A stretch of 63,278 bases of DNA, filler included, from Aduncisulcus paluster (Eukaryota): assembly GCA_024181965.1 (NCBI GenBank). It is 4 parts of 4 records of this genome, joined end to end, with 100 filler letters (N's around TTAATTAATTAA, not from the genome) between each part and the next. Parts side by side here need not be neighbours in the genome. Positions count along the whole stretch, not along the records: positions 46,169 to 58,849 come from BQXS01012526.1; 3 more parts are not named here. One strand, given 5' to 3'. Positions within the stretch are counted from its first letter, which is position 1. The number at the start of each line of letters is the position of its first letter. Shown here one piece after another: positions 46,642 to 57,889 of the stretch. The position numbers and the translations under genes are program-made. The notes beneath the pieces were generated by a model. That model had not been told where the DNA came from. It ran no database searches and saw nothing but the letters and a program-made list of their open reading frames with translations.

Positions 46642-49600
46642 ATGAGTAATCCTAACATCAGTGATAGTGGAGGATCTAAAATGCGTGTGCAAAGCACGTA
46701 TCCAATTCAATTTGGTGTCCATGGCCAAAAACCTGGTCAATCTTATCCTCAACCAATTGGGCAACCAATGTATTCATTTCCATCGACTTTCCCGCAACCA
46801 GCATATCTTTTTCCACCACAAACAGTGCCACCACAGAAAGGAACAATCCTTACGAGAAGGAAGGAAAAGAGTAAGTTTACACTTAAACCAAAAAGAGAAA
46901 ATCCCATTCTTATTATAAAAAAAGAGGAAACAGCGACTTCCGTTCAATCTAAGCCTGTAGATACTCCTCCAATTGGTGTTTCCCAGGGTACTACAATTGA
47001 TAGCTCCGTAACCTCTGATAATCCTCAGGGAAAAGTGCCGATAAGTGCTGAAGAAGTGTCTCCAGATATCAATGAAGCTTCTTCAATGGCTAAAGCCTCT
47101 ACACCTGATGTCATTAAGAATGAGGAAGAGGATAAAGAAGATTCATATGAATATGAATACTCTTCATCCTCTGAATATGAATATGTGGATTCAGATGAAG
47201 CATCTGATTCAAAAGAAGCCTTCAAAGAATCAGTTGACGTTCAAACCACCCTTCTTCCCGTAAAACCTTCTAACAACCTTATATGTGAATCAGGATCTGA
47301 ATCTTTGATGTCTGAATCCCAAGAAGATGTTGAAGAAGATGTAGAACATAAGACATTCACGTCTGAAACGTCTAAAATAGTAGCTGAATCCAAAATAGCT
47401 CCAGAAACCAGTGTAAAGCCCTCCAATATTATTACACCCACTCAACAGGCACCTAAAGAAGTATCTGTCACTTCAGAGAAGACTAAGATTGTCGTAAACA
47501 AAGTTAATACGACAGAAGTTCCTGTAGTGTCTCCAGAACCCAAAAAGGCGAGTAAGTCGACAAAAACGGATCAAACTGTAGCCAAACCTGCTGATATTAA
47601 CCTATCTTCTGTTGATACTACCCCTGAGAAAGTCAAAGAGACTGCTCCTGTTGATAAAGTTCCTGCTGCTTCAACATTGGCTCCAAAAAGGGTTGCTGTT
47701 GGCAAGGAAATTTCTGCTGTATGTGAGAATTCCATGAAAGTTGAGAGCACAGCCGTACCTATGGCATTTACACGGGAGGATATGTTAAGAGTGTGGGAGC
47801 TTATGAACGAAAAGGGTTCCTTCCAGACGGCCCCTGAATGGAGCAAAGTCTTTAGACATGTATCCAGCTCAAGTCACTCTTCCTCTGCTTTCCCTTCGTC
47901 TCGATATGTTGCAAGCAGATCTATCCACAGCAGTCATTCACGCTCTGCTGCTTCCTCGACCTCTCGTCCCCAGCTCTCCTTTGGTCGTTGCCGGTCATTC
48001 ATATCATCTGAGCCAGTGAAGAAGGTTACACTCAACTTTAGAAGTCACCTTAACAAGCTTTCTGTCGATAACATTGATGAGATCTTTGTGGACATTCAGG
48101 AAGAGCTCAACATGATCCTTGAGAGCAAAAAGACCGGATACACTTGCTTCAAACTCTCAGATGTGTGCGGAAAGCCTCACAACCGTCATTATGAAGACGG
48201 TGAAGATGTTGACAAGGGTTTGCTGAACCGTATGGAAGTTTATAAACAATTTGCAAAGCTTATTAACGAGAAAGCGTGCATGGAGAAGAATTTTACACGT
48301 CTGTATGCCGATTTTACGACCAAATTGCACCAATGCAAGGATATTTTGTTTGTCGAGAAGACTGCCAATTCGTTGCTCTTTCAAAAACAGCAGAATGCTT
48401 TGGATATGTGGACAGATGAGAAGACTCAAAAACGTTTTAAGATTCAGCCCCTTGACCTTTCCCAATGGAAGAACATTGAACATCTCCGCAAGAAGATTGT
48501 ATTTTCATATAAGACGAAATCAAGAGATCCAATCGAGATATCGTGGTTTGAGAACTTCCAACTGAAACGTTGCTATGAGTTGTGTCTTAAACATCAGTTA
48601 AACGAGTCCAAACACAAAGCTAGGCCGAGCAAAGATCTCAATGCCAGGATCAGTAAGACCAAGCAAGATATCCGTTCCCTTGATGATGCCTTGAAGGATC
48701 TTAATAAGAGATATAAAGATTACCTTTTGCGTGAGAACAGCAAGAAGTGTCTTGTGGCCTATATCGTCGAGACATGTCAGGCTACTTTCCGGGGGGAGCA
48801 TATCATTCCTGGTGCCGTCATCAAAGAAGACGACTGTGACGAAGAGAAAGAATACAAACGGGGATTGCAGACGATGTATAAGCGTGGTAATATCCAATTC
48901 ATTGCTTATTTGGTGGAGAATGAGGTTATCTCATGGAAGATCGCCTTGTCAAAGATAGCCAATCAACTGCTAGAGGACACTTGCCAAGACGATATTGGAG
49001 AGCTTGAACAGAAGCAGCACTCTAGTCAGATAAAGATCCACTTGGAATCTATTGCTAAGTGCATGGAGAAGACCAAAATTAACGAGGAATTCTTGGATTA
49101 TTTCCTTATCTTTCTTGAGAACTGTGGTGCTACAATGAAAGCCATAATGACCTCAAAGCTCGACCATAGAATCCCCTCCTCAATGAAGAATTTTGTCTCA
49201 TGGTGCATGAGGGAATATATAAAGGTGTTCAAAATCCTGATAAAGAGATTCGACGAGGAAGGGAAAGAAGGACTTGGTATGAGTATTCGTTGGCAATTTA
49301 AGATGGAACACATCCTGGAGTTGTACGACCATCCAGAACTCTGGGAAGAGGTTAAGAAGAAGCAAGCAAGGAGCTTGGAAGAGGTTCAGAAGGATATCAA
49401 GCGTGAGGAGGCAAGAGAGAAATCCATCCCTCGTCTCTCCACTCGTTCTTCGAGGCCCAATAGCCGTAATCCTTCCATGGGTAGGAAATATGATACAGCT
49501 CCTCGCAGTAGCAGTAAGTCCAGTGGTCGTGATATGAGCGCGTCTTCATCAAAGGGGAGATTGTCAAAGCATCAGGGCGAGTTCCCTTCAACCCATCATA

Positions 49601-51255
49601 AGTCCCAAGGAAGGTTCAACACTGCACACGGGAGTACATCTCGTGGCGGTGGATATCACGCTTCCACCGATAGGAAAGGCAGCAGAACCAGAAGTACATT
49701 CGAATCTCTCGGGAAGGATGAGAAGCCTGGTTCCATTGACGGTTCCACTTCCTCCCATCGTGATCGCAGATCTGATAAGTACCCTGGTGGTCGTGGTGGG
49801 TATACATCTTCTCCTCGTTCCAAGGAGCGTACTTCCTCCAAGTCACGCCAAGATGGTTATCAGTCCAAGGGTGGGCATGGATCCCTCGACGACTCTATCT
49901 CTCATCTCTTATGCGCTGATCCCTTGCATAATTTCCTTGGCAAATACCCATCTCTCTTGAAATCTACTTGCAAATGCATCCTTCCTCTTCTCTCACCGAC
50001 TTTAAACGAAGGATTGTCATACCTTATAAAGGTTGTTGATAAGAAGGGTGCTGTGTCTGAAATACCCATTAAGGATATTCCTTCTTTTATTACTGATATA
50101 GGTTCTGCCCTGGCTGGAATCCTGAAGTCTATTCTGACGTCAAGAGGACAGGACGTCAAAGCCGCCGACCAGATCCAAGCTCACGATAACTTTGTAAAGG
50201 TTGTTATCGACGTGGACAGGATAATGCGTGCAGGATTGAAATCATACACGGATTCTTTCGTTTTGAAATGTGTCAAGGAATCCATCACACAATTTCTGTG
50301 CGATTGTTTGTTCTATCGTGGTCGTTCTGACAAATTCTTGGTTGCTTTCTTACGGGAGGGACCTACATACCTCGGATCTGGTAAGAAGAGTTCCAAACGT
50401 GATTCAAGTACAAAGACTCCTGAGCTACTTCAATTTAAGCTTAATAATGATATTATTCGTCCGATTGGTGTCAAAGCTTATTATACAACTGGAGAGAGGC
50501 AGAAAAAGGGTCTGACCCAGCAGGAATATATGAGAGATGTTCACATTATCCGTCCCGTGTTGTCTCACCGTCTCCAACAGCCGTCTTTCTTGTACGCTCT
50601 TATTCATCGTGAAGAAGACATTCGTCTGATCTGGTTCCAAAGATTCTGCAAGACCATTAGCGTTTCATATTCTGAGGCCACTTCACACACTAGTGGGCGG
50701 CGTAATATCGAACTTATTGATATGTTAACTGACTCGAGTACTGGACTTGCCATGTCCGATGAAAGTGTCGCCATTGATATTCTTGCCATATCAGTGTCAT
50801 CTTACCTTGACAATCAGTTCAAAACGGGCATTTCCCAACATATTTCCATGGATCGTGATGTTTGTGATTCCTTAAGCTCATTGGTCGGTGCTGCTTCCGT
50901 GTCCAAAGAGAGCTTCCGGTTGTCCCTTCTGGTTCAGATCTTATTCCAGTTCTATCTTAACGGACGGGAACACTTCATCAAGTCCGATGTTGGTAATGCT
51001 TGGGTGCAAAAAACCATCGCTCAGTTCCCTCCAAGTGCTATTATGACTAAATTTATTAAGTTTCATATCATTGGATGCAGCGGAAGTGAGAAAGAACTTT
51101 CAACTGATTTCCATGTGATCCTTGGGTGTTTGGGTGATATGTTTTCCCAGCCGAACCATGATAAAATCATGAAAATCATTAATGAATGTGATATTGATGC
51201 CAAGATCAAATCAGAGTTCAAGGTATTCTTGAAAACTCAACCTGAAAAGAAATAA
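46642..51255 (+). CDS. eIF4G: eIF4G-like MIF4G protein
   Basis: Pro/Gln-rich N-terminus, FTREDML (eIF4E-binding-like), MIF4G motifs FRSHLNKLSVDNI, INEKACMEKNFTRLYADF, GNIQFIAYL, IRWQFKMEHILEL, then an RS/RG-rich linker and a helical C-terminus. Confidence 0.78.
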   Translation: MSNPNISDSGGSKMRVQSTYPIQFGVHGQKPGQSYPQPIGQPMYSFPSTFPQPAYLFPPQTVPPQKGTILTRRKEKSKFTLKPKRENPILIIKKEETATSVQSKPVDTPPIGVSQGTTIDSSVTSDNPQGKVPISAEEVSPDINEASSMAKASTPDVIKNEEEDKEDSYEYEYSSSSEYEYVDSDEASDSKEAFKESVDVQTTLLPVKPSNNLICESGSESLMSESQEDVEEDVEHKTFTSETSKIVAESKIAPETSVKPSNIITPTQQAPKEVSVTSEKTKIVVNKVNTTEVPVVSPEPKKASKSTKTDQTVAKPADINLSSVDTTPEKVKETAPVDKVPAASTLAPKRVAVGKEISAVCENSMKVESTAVPMAFTREDMLRVWELMNEKGSFQTAPEWSKVFRHVSSSSHSSSAFPSSRYVASRSIHSSHSRSAASSTSRPQLSFGRCRSFISSEPVKKVTLNFRSHLNKLSVDNIDEIFVDIQEELNMILESKKTGYTCFKLSDVCGKPHNRHYEDGEDVDKGLLNRMEVYKQFAKLINEKACMEKNFTRLYADFTTKLHQCKDILFVEKTANSLLFQKQQNALDMWTDEKTQKRFKIQPLDLSQWKNIEHLRKKIVFSYKTKSRDPIEISWFENFQLKRCYELCLKHQLNESKHKARPSKDLNARISKTKQDIRSLDDALKDLNKRYKDYLLRENSKKCLVAYIVETCQATFRGEHIIPGAVIKEDDCDEEKEYKRGLQTMYKRGNIQFIAYLVENEVISWKIALSKIANQLLEDTCQDDIGELEQKQHSSQIKIHLESIAKCMEKTKINEEFLDYFLIFLENCGATMKAIMTSKLDHRIPSSMKNFVSWCMREYIKVFKILIKRFDEEGKEGLGMSIRWQFKMEHILELYDHPELWEEVKKKQARSLEEVQKDIKREEAREKSIPRLSTRSSRPNSRNPSMGRKYDTAPRSSSKSSGRDMSASSSKGRLSKHQGEFPSTHHKSQGRFNTAHGSTSRGGGYHASTDRKGSRTRSTFESLGKDEKPGSIDGSTSSHRDRRSDKYPGGRGGYTSSPRSKERTSSKSRQDGYQSKGGHGSLDDSISHLLCADPLHNFLGKYPSLLKSTCKCILPLLSPTLNEGLSYLIKVVDKKGAVSEIPIKDIPSFITDIGSALAGILKSILTSRGQDVKAADQIQAHDNFVKVVIDVDRIMRAGLKSYTDSFVLKCVKESITQFLCDCLFYRGRSDKFLVAFLREGPTYLGSGKKSSKRDSSTKTPELLQFKLNNDIIRPIGVKAYYTTGERQKKGLTQQEYMRDVHIIRPVLSHRLQQPSFLYALIHREEDIRLIWFQRFCKTISVSYSEATSHTSGRRNIELIDMLTDSSTGLAMSDESVAIDILAISVSSYLDNQFKTGISQHISMDRDVCDSLSSLVGAASVSKESFRLSLLVQILFQFYLNGREHFIKSDVGNAWVQKTIAQFPPSAIMTKFIKFHIIGCSGSEKELSTDFHVILGCLGDMFSQPNHDKIMKIINECDIDAKIKSEFKVFLKTQPEKK

Positions 51256-51608
51256 CACTTAATTTCTTAATTTTTTTAATAGTTGGAACTCACTTGAGGG
51301 TTCATAATATTGTTTGTAGTTGTCATACGTTGCCTGGGGTGAAAAGTAGTAAAAATATCATCTAAGTGTTCATCAAAAATAACCTTTCAAAAATCGGGAA
51401 AGATCGGGAGATTGATGAAATGGACTTATTTGATGGAGAAATTAACACCTCAGACCCAAAATACACATCAAAGGTGTGCCATATTAATGTTTTGGATAGC
51501 ATTACTGCAATCTCAATGTCATACAGTATATTCTGTGTGGATAGACCATCAAGCAAGGCCATTGTTATCATTTTTGGAGCTACTCTCCTTCCTTGGATGT
51601 GTGAATAC

Positions 51609-53627
51609 TCATCTCATATCTGTTAAACTCATAATGACATCATCTTTTATCTCTTGATGGCCTTCTTCATCCGAAAGGAGTTCTTTGATTTTTTCCTCCA
51701 TTCTTGCATCAAACTTCTTTCCTCGCTCCAAAAGACCATCAATGGATAAGGTTTCAGCTTTGATATCATCTTCTGAATAAGAAGATTCTTCCTCTTCTTG
51801 CTCTTTCTTTTCTTCCTCTTCAGAATTCACTTCTTTCTTTTCAAGGTCCTTTTCCTTCCCGTCTTCTTTTCCTTCCCCTTTCTCCTTTTCTTCAATGTCT
51901 TGTTGGATCTCCCTTGCTATTGTAACAGATGTCTTCTTGGGTCTCTTCTTGTGAGTCAAGATATCTTCAGCACAGTGGGTAATGATGCTCAAAAGTTCAT
52001 CGTGGTCTGAAGGAATTGTATTGAAAATTACTGGCTTTTTCTTTTCGTATGGTTCTATCTCCTTCTTCTTGATTACGAGTTGATCAAGCCTGAGTTTTGT
52101 TCTAGCTCTCTCAAGAACCTTCTCTTCAAGGGTATTTTCAGCATATAACCTATACACATGGACGTGTTTAACTTGACCAATTCTGTGCGCCCTGTCCATT
52201 GCTTGTAAATCGACCTGAGGATTCCAGTCACTGTCATATATCACCACTGTACTGGCACTGTACAAATTGATACCCAGCCCACCTGCTCTTGTGGAGAGAA
52301 TAAACACGGGGATAGAAACAGTCGTGTCGGCATTGAATTCTCCGATGCTCCTTGCTCGATCACTCTGTTCGGTCGATCCATCAATACGGCGCCAATCCCA
52401 CCCTCGCATTTCAAGATATAACTCAATGAGGTCAAGAGTCTTCGTCATTTGGCTGAACACAAGCACCTTGTTGCCGTCCTTGATACTTTTCTTCAGGATA
52501 ATGTCAAGGACTTTCATCTTTCCACTCACAGAAACCAAGTGTTCGCCTTCAACATGAGGCTCGGGTTCAACACCGGGGAAAATATATGGATGGTTACAGA
52601 CCTTCTTGAGCTGCATTACAATGTTCAGTAACCTCAACTTCGCTCCACCACTCATATCTTCAAGGATATTTCTGTACATCTTCCTTTGGAGCTTTGTGAG
52701 GGGACAGGGCACCAAATACTCAGTTTTTGGTGGAGGTTGCGTTATCATATTTTTTGTTCTGCGCAACATATAAGGAGCCAAAAAGTTTCTAATAAATTCA
52801 CCGGCACTTTCTGTTCGTTTTGTTTGCTTTTGAGCTTCTTCTTCTCTTCCTTTTTCTATCTCTTTCTTTTCGCCAATACCATCGATATCAGAAAGAAACT
52901 TCTCATAATCATCAAATTTGACGGGATCAATAAAGTTCAAGAGACTCCAAAGCTCGGTAAGATTATTCTGAAGCGGAGTTCCTGTAAGTAATATTGTACT
53001 TTTCCTTTTAAACTGCTTAATGGTTGTACTAATCTCACTATGAACATTCTTGAGTCTATGAGCTTCATCAATAATACAAACAACGAAAGGGATACACATA
53101 AGATATCTTTTCTCAAGGACTGCGACATCAAAGGATGTAAGTATGACATCAAACGATGCTGTTCTGATATATTTTTTAATGATTAGAGCTCTCTCGGCCT
53201 TTGTACCAAGAAGGGTGATAACCCGGAACATTGGGCACCATTTCTTGAACTCCTTCGCCCAATTTGCAAGGATAAACTTTGGAGCAATGATAATATGTGG
53301 ACCGTGATGCTTTATAAACTGTTTATGGGAGAGATGAGGACATATAAAAATATCTGAAGTTTTGATCAAGACAGGGGAAACGTACGAACAAAAAGTTTCT
53401 TTGGACAATGGTTCTTCTTTTTTCTTAAGTTCTTCTTCATATTCTTTGATCCATCCTAAAAAAGCAATGGTTTGGATGGTTTTCCCTAAACCCATTTCAT
53501 CAGCCAGGATGCCATTTCTTTTATGAATGTATAGGCTACTCAGCCATGAGAAACCTTCTAATTGATATCTGTGAAGTGTACCATTGACAATACAGCTAGG
53601 TTGTTCAAATACAATTGAAGGATGCAT
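51609..53627 (-). CDS. SNF2-family chromatin-remodelling ATPase, ISWI-like
   Basis: GILADEMGLGKT, DEAHRLKN, TGTPLQNNLTELW, MQLKKVCNHPY, STRAGGLGINL, DSDWNPQVDLQAMDRAHRIGQ. First ATG at 53627; an upstream exon is possible. Confidence 0.93.
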   Translation of the reverse strand: MHPSIVFEQPSCIVNGTLHRYQLEGFSWLSSLYIHKRNGILADEMGLGKTIQTIAFLGWIKEYEEELKKKEEPLSKETFCSYVSPVLIKTSDIFICPHLSHKQFIKHHGPHIIIAPKFILANWAKEFKKWCPMFRVITLLGTKAERALIIKKYIRTASFDVILTSFDVAVLEKRYLMCIPFVVCIIDEAHRLKNVHSEISTTIKQFKRKSTILLTGTPLQNNLTELWSLLNFIDPVKFDDYEKFLSDIDGIGEKKEIEKGREEEAQKQTKRTESAGEFIRNFLAPYMLRRTKNMITQPPPKTEYLVPCPLTKLQRKMYRNILEDMSGGAKLRLLNIVMQLKKVCNHPYIFPGVEPEPHVEGEHLVSVSGKMKVLDIILKKSIKDGNKVLVFSQMTKTLDLIELYLEMRGWDWRRIDGSTEQSDRARSIGEFNADTTVSIPVFILSTRAGGLGINLYSASTVVIYDSDWNPQVDLQAMDRAHRIGQVKHVHVYRLYAENTLEEKVLERARTKLRLDQLVIKKKEIEPYEKKKPVIFNTIPSDHDELLSIITHCAEDILTHKKRPKKTSVTIAREIQQDIEEKEKGEGKEDGKEKDLEKKEVNSEEEEKKEQEEEESSYSEDDIKAETLSIDGLLERGKKFDARMEEKIKELLSDEEGHQEIKDDVIMSLTDMR

Positions 53628-53889
53628 TACTTCCAAGCAACGAGATAATATCAGAATAAAACTCTGTGTAATCAGGAATAAAATGAGAAAATAATCAAAT
53701 ACAACTTACTGATTGGTCAAGAAATGTTGAATTCGACTCTTAAGCGTTCTCTGAATGAAATTTGATATGTTCAACTTTCTAAAATTTAATTCAGACAAAA
53801 ATAATTATACTTATTGAACTTGACTACTGGTAGCCCGGGAATGAACGAAGGGGATGACAAAAACGCTGATTTGACTCATCCTATTTCCA

Positions 53890-54750
53890 ATGGATATAAC
53901 CACATTTAAGAAAATTGATTCGGTTTCATTAGTTCGTGGAATTTCTGGTTCGATACTTGGAAAATCCATTTCGAGATCCTTCACATCTCAATCCACGTTT
54001 TCTCAGGACTCTCATCCTTCAAGCCTTTGTTCAAAACCGGATTTTTTTGCATCTTATGGTAGAGATCCAACTGGTTTGGCATGTGCATTTGGAGTATGTG
54101 AGAGCAAAGAAACTTCACCTTTCACTCTTGAAGATTTCCCATGGCCCATTGATGCCCTCGAGCCCCACTACCCCAAGAAGGTTATCGAGATCCACAGATT
54201 ACACCACAAGGGATACTGCACCAAATCCCAAGCTGCCCTCGAAGGAACCAAGCTCGAAGGCAAGCCTATCGAATATGTCATCTCCCACCTTGAAGAATTG
54301 CCCGTTGGTCTGCGCCAAAAGGTGAAGAATGTCGGTGGTGGTTATGCCAACCACACTTTCTTCTGGAAATGTCTCTCCCCCAAGTTCGACCAACCTCTTC
54401 CCGCTGGCTTGAAGGCTCAGGTCGAGAAGGACTTTGGCAGCGTCGACGAGATGTGGAAGATATTCTCCGGAAAGCTCTCCACCTTGTTCGGAAGTGGATG
54501 GACCTGGATGGTGTTCAACGCCAAGACAGGGAAGCTGGAGATCATGAACACTGTCAACCAAGATTCTCCCATCAACGATCCCAAGCTTGGCCTTATCCCC
54601 GTCCTTGCCATCGACTCTTGGGAACATGCCTGGTACCTTTACTGTCAGAACAGGAAGCCAGAGTACGTCGAGCATGTCAGACACATGATCAATTGGGAGT
54701 TCGTGGACCGTTGTCTCACAGCTGCCAAGAAATATGGTTCTATTGAATGA
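53890..54750 (+). CDS. sod: Fe/Mn superoxide dismutase (Mn-type signature) with N-terminal extension
   Basis: DALEPH, HHKGY, NVGGGYANHTFFW, FGSGWTW, NQD, IDSWEHAWY. Confidence 0.95.
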   Translation: MDITTFKKIDSVSLVRGISGSILGKSISRSFTSQSTFSQDSHPSSLCSKPDFFASYGRDPTGLACAFGVCESKETSPFTLEDFPWPIDALEPHYPKKVIEIHRLHHKGYCTKSQAALEGTKLEGKPIEYVISHLEELPVGLRQKVKNVGGGYANHTFFWKCLSPKFDQPLPAGLKAQVEKDFGSVDEMWKIFSGKLSTLFGSGWTWMVFNAKTGKLEIMNTVNQDSPINDPKLGLIPVLAIDSWEHAWYLYCQNRKPEYVEHVRHMINWEFVDRCLTAAKKYGSIE

Positions 54751-55015
54751 TTTATTTTGGTTCAAAAATATTTAATTGTTTGAATTGTTCTGTTGTAACA
54801 TCCCTCTTATGTTTCAATCATCGTTTGTTATCCTCAATGTCAGTTTTAATTTATTTTTGAAATATTGAATGATATATTGATGATGAATTGGCTATTATTG
54901 GTTACGTAAAATCGGTGGATCACTATTATTCACCGAGATTGTTGTTAACATGAATTTATATATTTGCAAATAATTTCAAATTATTAATTTGCATATAGAT
55001 CTAATAAAAAAAAAA

Positions 55016-57630
55016 TTAAATATATTCAGAATCTTTGGGTTCGTGCCGTTCAAATTTCAATTTTCTTATACGATTAAAAAATGCGAATACATCAACTTCT
55101 CTGGAATAAGTCAAGTCTCCTCTCTCCATGTATGAAACATACTTTGTGAGAGGTAAATGGAAATTGGATTTTTTCTTCTCGTCAGCTGACAAATCGTCTT
55201 CTGGACTGTCATCCCAACTCAAAAATATTTTCTTAATGAGTTGCTCAAGAGAGAGATTTTTAGGTTTGCCAGGAATGCCGGAAGAAGAAAAATATTTGAT
55301 TAATTCGCAAACAAGAGTTGTTTGTCCTTGTTCAACAAGTCCTCTTATTCCACCAAAGTCTTGGATAAGACCTTGTTCGAATTCGACATGGTGAGTTGTA
55401 CAAATTTTGTAGCGAGGATTGCCGGAAAAATGAGATCCAAATATTGGTTTGAACGAAGAAGAAGAAAGAATTCTTCTATCGGGGGGCAATTCAAACTTCT
55501 CAGCATGAGTAACGGGACAAATCCCTATTTTAATTTTGTCTGGTTGTCTTTTCAAAAACAAAGCTTTCCCCTTTTCGGTTCCATCATATGGTTGGAAATG
55601 ATCCATGACGATAATCGAATCAGCGACACCAAGCCATTCTCCACTACTTCCGAGGGCAAGAACAATTGAAATATTTGAAGGAGCACCAAGATCAGTTAAA
55701 GGAGCGAATAGCTCAATTTCACCATGATAATCATCAGCATGGCCAATCTTCTCCTTTTCATCGTCAACAATAAGCGAATCGTCAATATGAAATTTGTCAG
55801 AATCATCATCAAGTTTTTTACATTTATATTTATCTTCGTGAAGTATATTGTATTTCTTGGAAGAGTATTGAGATGATGAAGGAGAACTGGAAGAGCACAT
55901 GGCTGAAACATTATAAAGAAGAGTGCGAATAGGCTCTTGTTCCACAGGCACAAATTCATCCATCAGGGAGTCCCGACCAAGAAGGTTGGTGGCACATTCA
56001 TCTTCATCCATAAAGAGAGTCCTGCTCCCACTCTGGAGGGCTTCAATGATACTTGAAGCTTGAGAAGTTGAGCCTGAGGCATTAAGGGATTCAAAGTAAT
56101 CAGTTGATTTGCCAGAAGGAAGATCTCCAATAAAACAACTCACATCAACGCCGCCGACTCTCCTACCATCTTCGGCTCTAACATACACTGAGTCGCTGCG
56201 ACTCACACAAAACTCACGGCCATCACCGGGGTATTTGTTATACACTCCCATTATCATTGCATCTAAAAGGGTCGATTTACCCTGGAATCCACCTCCGCAT
56301 AGCAGAGTGATACCGGATTTCACACCCATGCCAGAAATAGAACGTTGATTAAGCTTATCTCCACTGGCAGAAAATGACTGAACAGTCAAAGAACACTTCA
56401 TCGAAGGAGGTGATCGAAAGGGAATTGCACCAGCATCTAAAGACAAAGGTTGTTGTATATTCCCACTTTTTCGAGGAAGAATGCTCCCATTCGCAACAAA
56501 AGCAATTAAATCATGCTTCTCAAGCTGAGATCTGAGAGATTCCTGTTCTTCGATGCAAGAAACCGTTTTATGCATGGTTTTAAGATCAACAAATCGTGGT
56601 TTTTCTTTTGAAGGAAGAAATGAAGCGAAAAAAAAGGTATTTTCGACAGCTTTGGGAAGTGCAACACAAAAAGAATTGATAGCAGCATTTCCAAGAATAC
56701 TTCGACCTTTTCCGGGTAAATTAAGAGCTAAACGCGCAATGATAGTACCTGATGAAGTAATATAAACACCACTTCGCTGGAGAACAAAACAAGAAGGAAN
56801 NNNNNNNNNNNNNNNNNNNTCGCAACAAAAGCAATTAAATCATGCTTCTCAAGCTGAGATCTGAGAGATTCCTGTTCTTCGATGCAAGAAACCGTTTTAT
56901 GCATGGTTTGAAGATCAACAAATCGTGGTTTTTCTTTTGAAGGAAGAAATGAAGCGAAAAAAAAGGTATTTTCGACAGCTTTGGGAAGTGCAACACAAAA
57001 AGAATTGATAGCAGCATTTCCAAGAATACTTCGACCTTTTCCGGGTAAATTAAGAGCTAAACGCGCAATGATAGTACCTGATGAAGTAATATAAACACCA
57101 CTTCGCTGGAGAACAAAACAAGAAGGAACAACCATTTTGAGGCAACATCCTTCACGTTTGGGTGTATAAAATGGTAGTGAACGAGTAAGAATTCGTTGTA
57201 AATAATCCGATGTTGCAACTCGAGCTATTTTTGTGGAAAAATATCGACGAGGGAGTTTGTTGGCAGCATTCGTGATAATGATCTGAACCCAAGTGGGAGG
57301 AGCATGTGGATCTCCTTGAACAAAACCAATATCCATAGAAAACTGAACCCCTTCTGTATAATTCCAATGGCCAATAATACTTTTATACAGGGCATAGTTT
57401 CTTCCATTGAGATATTCTAATGTCATCATTAACTCAGAAAAATCTTGAGTTGACTTACTTGATGATCTTTTTCCGGAATAACGGAAATCATCAGTAGATT
57501 CTGTGAATGACCTCGATCCATGATGCTGAATTCCTCGGCCACGGGCCCTTCCTCTATATTTTCCTCTATAATGATCCCTACATGCCTTATCCTCAGAGTG
57601 TGAGTAAGAATAACATTGATTAAAACCCAT
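55016..57630 (-). CDS. ABC-class ATPase of the MRB1590 / 'ABC_ATPase' family (split by gap duplication)
   Basis: VQGDPHAPP, AFVANGSILPRKSG, Walker A GGGFQGKS, RAEDGR, ASGSTSQA, MDEDECATN, NRIR. 56491-56799 duplicates 56820-57128 across the gap; removing one copy gives a single ORF. Confidence 0.88.
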
Positions 57631-57818
57631 CACTCATTCTAAAGGGGTGCAAAAAGGAAAATAATTAGCAAAAGGATAACACTAAGTAAAAATGAGAAAC
57701 CAAAGAACAATACACAAATGATAGAAGTAATTTGTTTTAAAATTGTTTTATATACTTAATTCCCGTGAACTTTTTTGATTTTAATATGATAAATAATAAT
57801 AATACACCAATTTTTTAA

Positions 57819-57889
57819 GCGCCGATAGTCTAGGGGTATGATACTTCCCTGCCACGGAAGAGGCCCGGGTTCAAATCCCGGTCGGCGCA
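57819..57889 (+). tRNA. trnG-GCC: tRNA-Gly (GCC)
   Basis: Acceptor stem GCGCCGA/TCGGCGC with discriminator A; anticodon arm CTTCC-CTGCCAC-GGAAG; T arm CCGGG-TTCAAAT-CCCGG; downstream T5 run (Pol III terminator). Confidence 0.97.
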
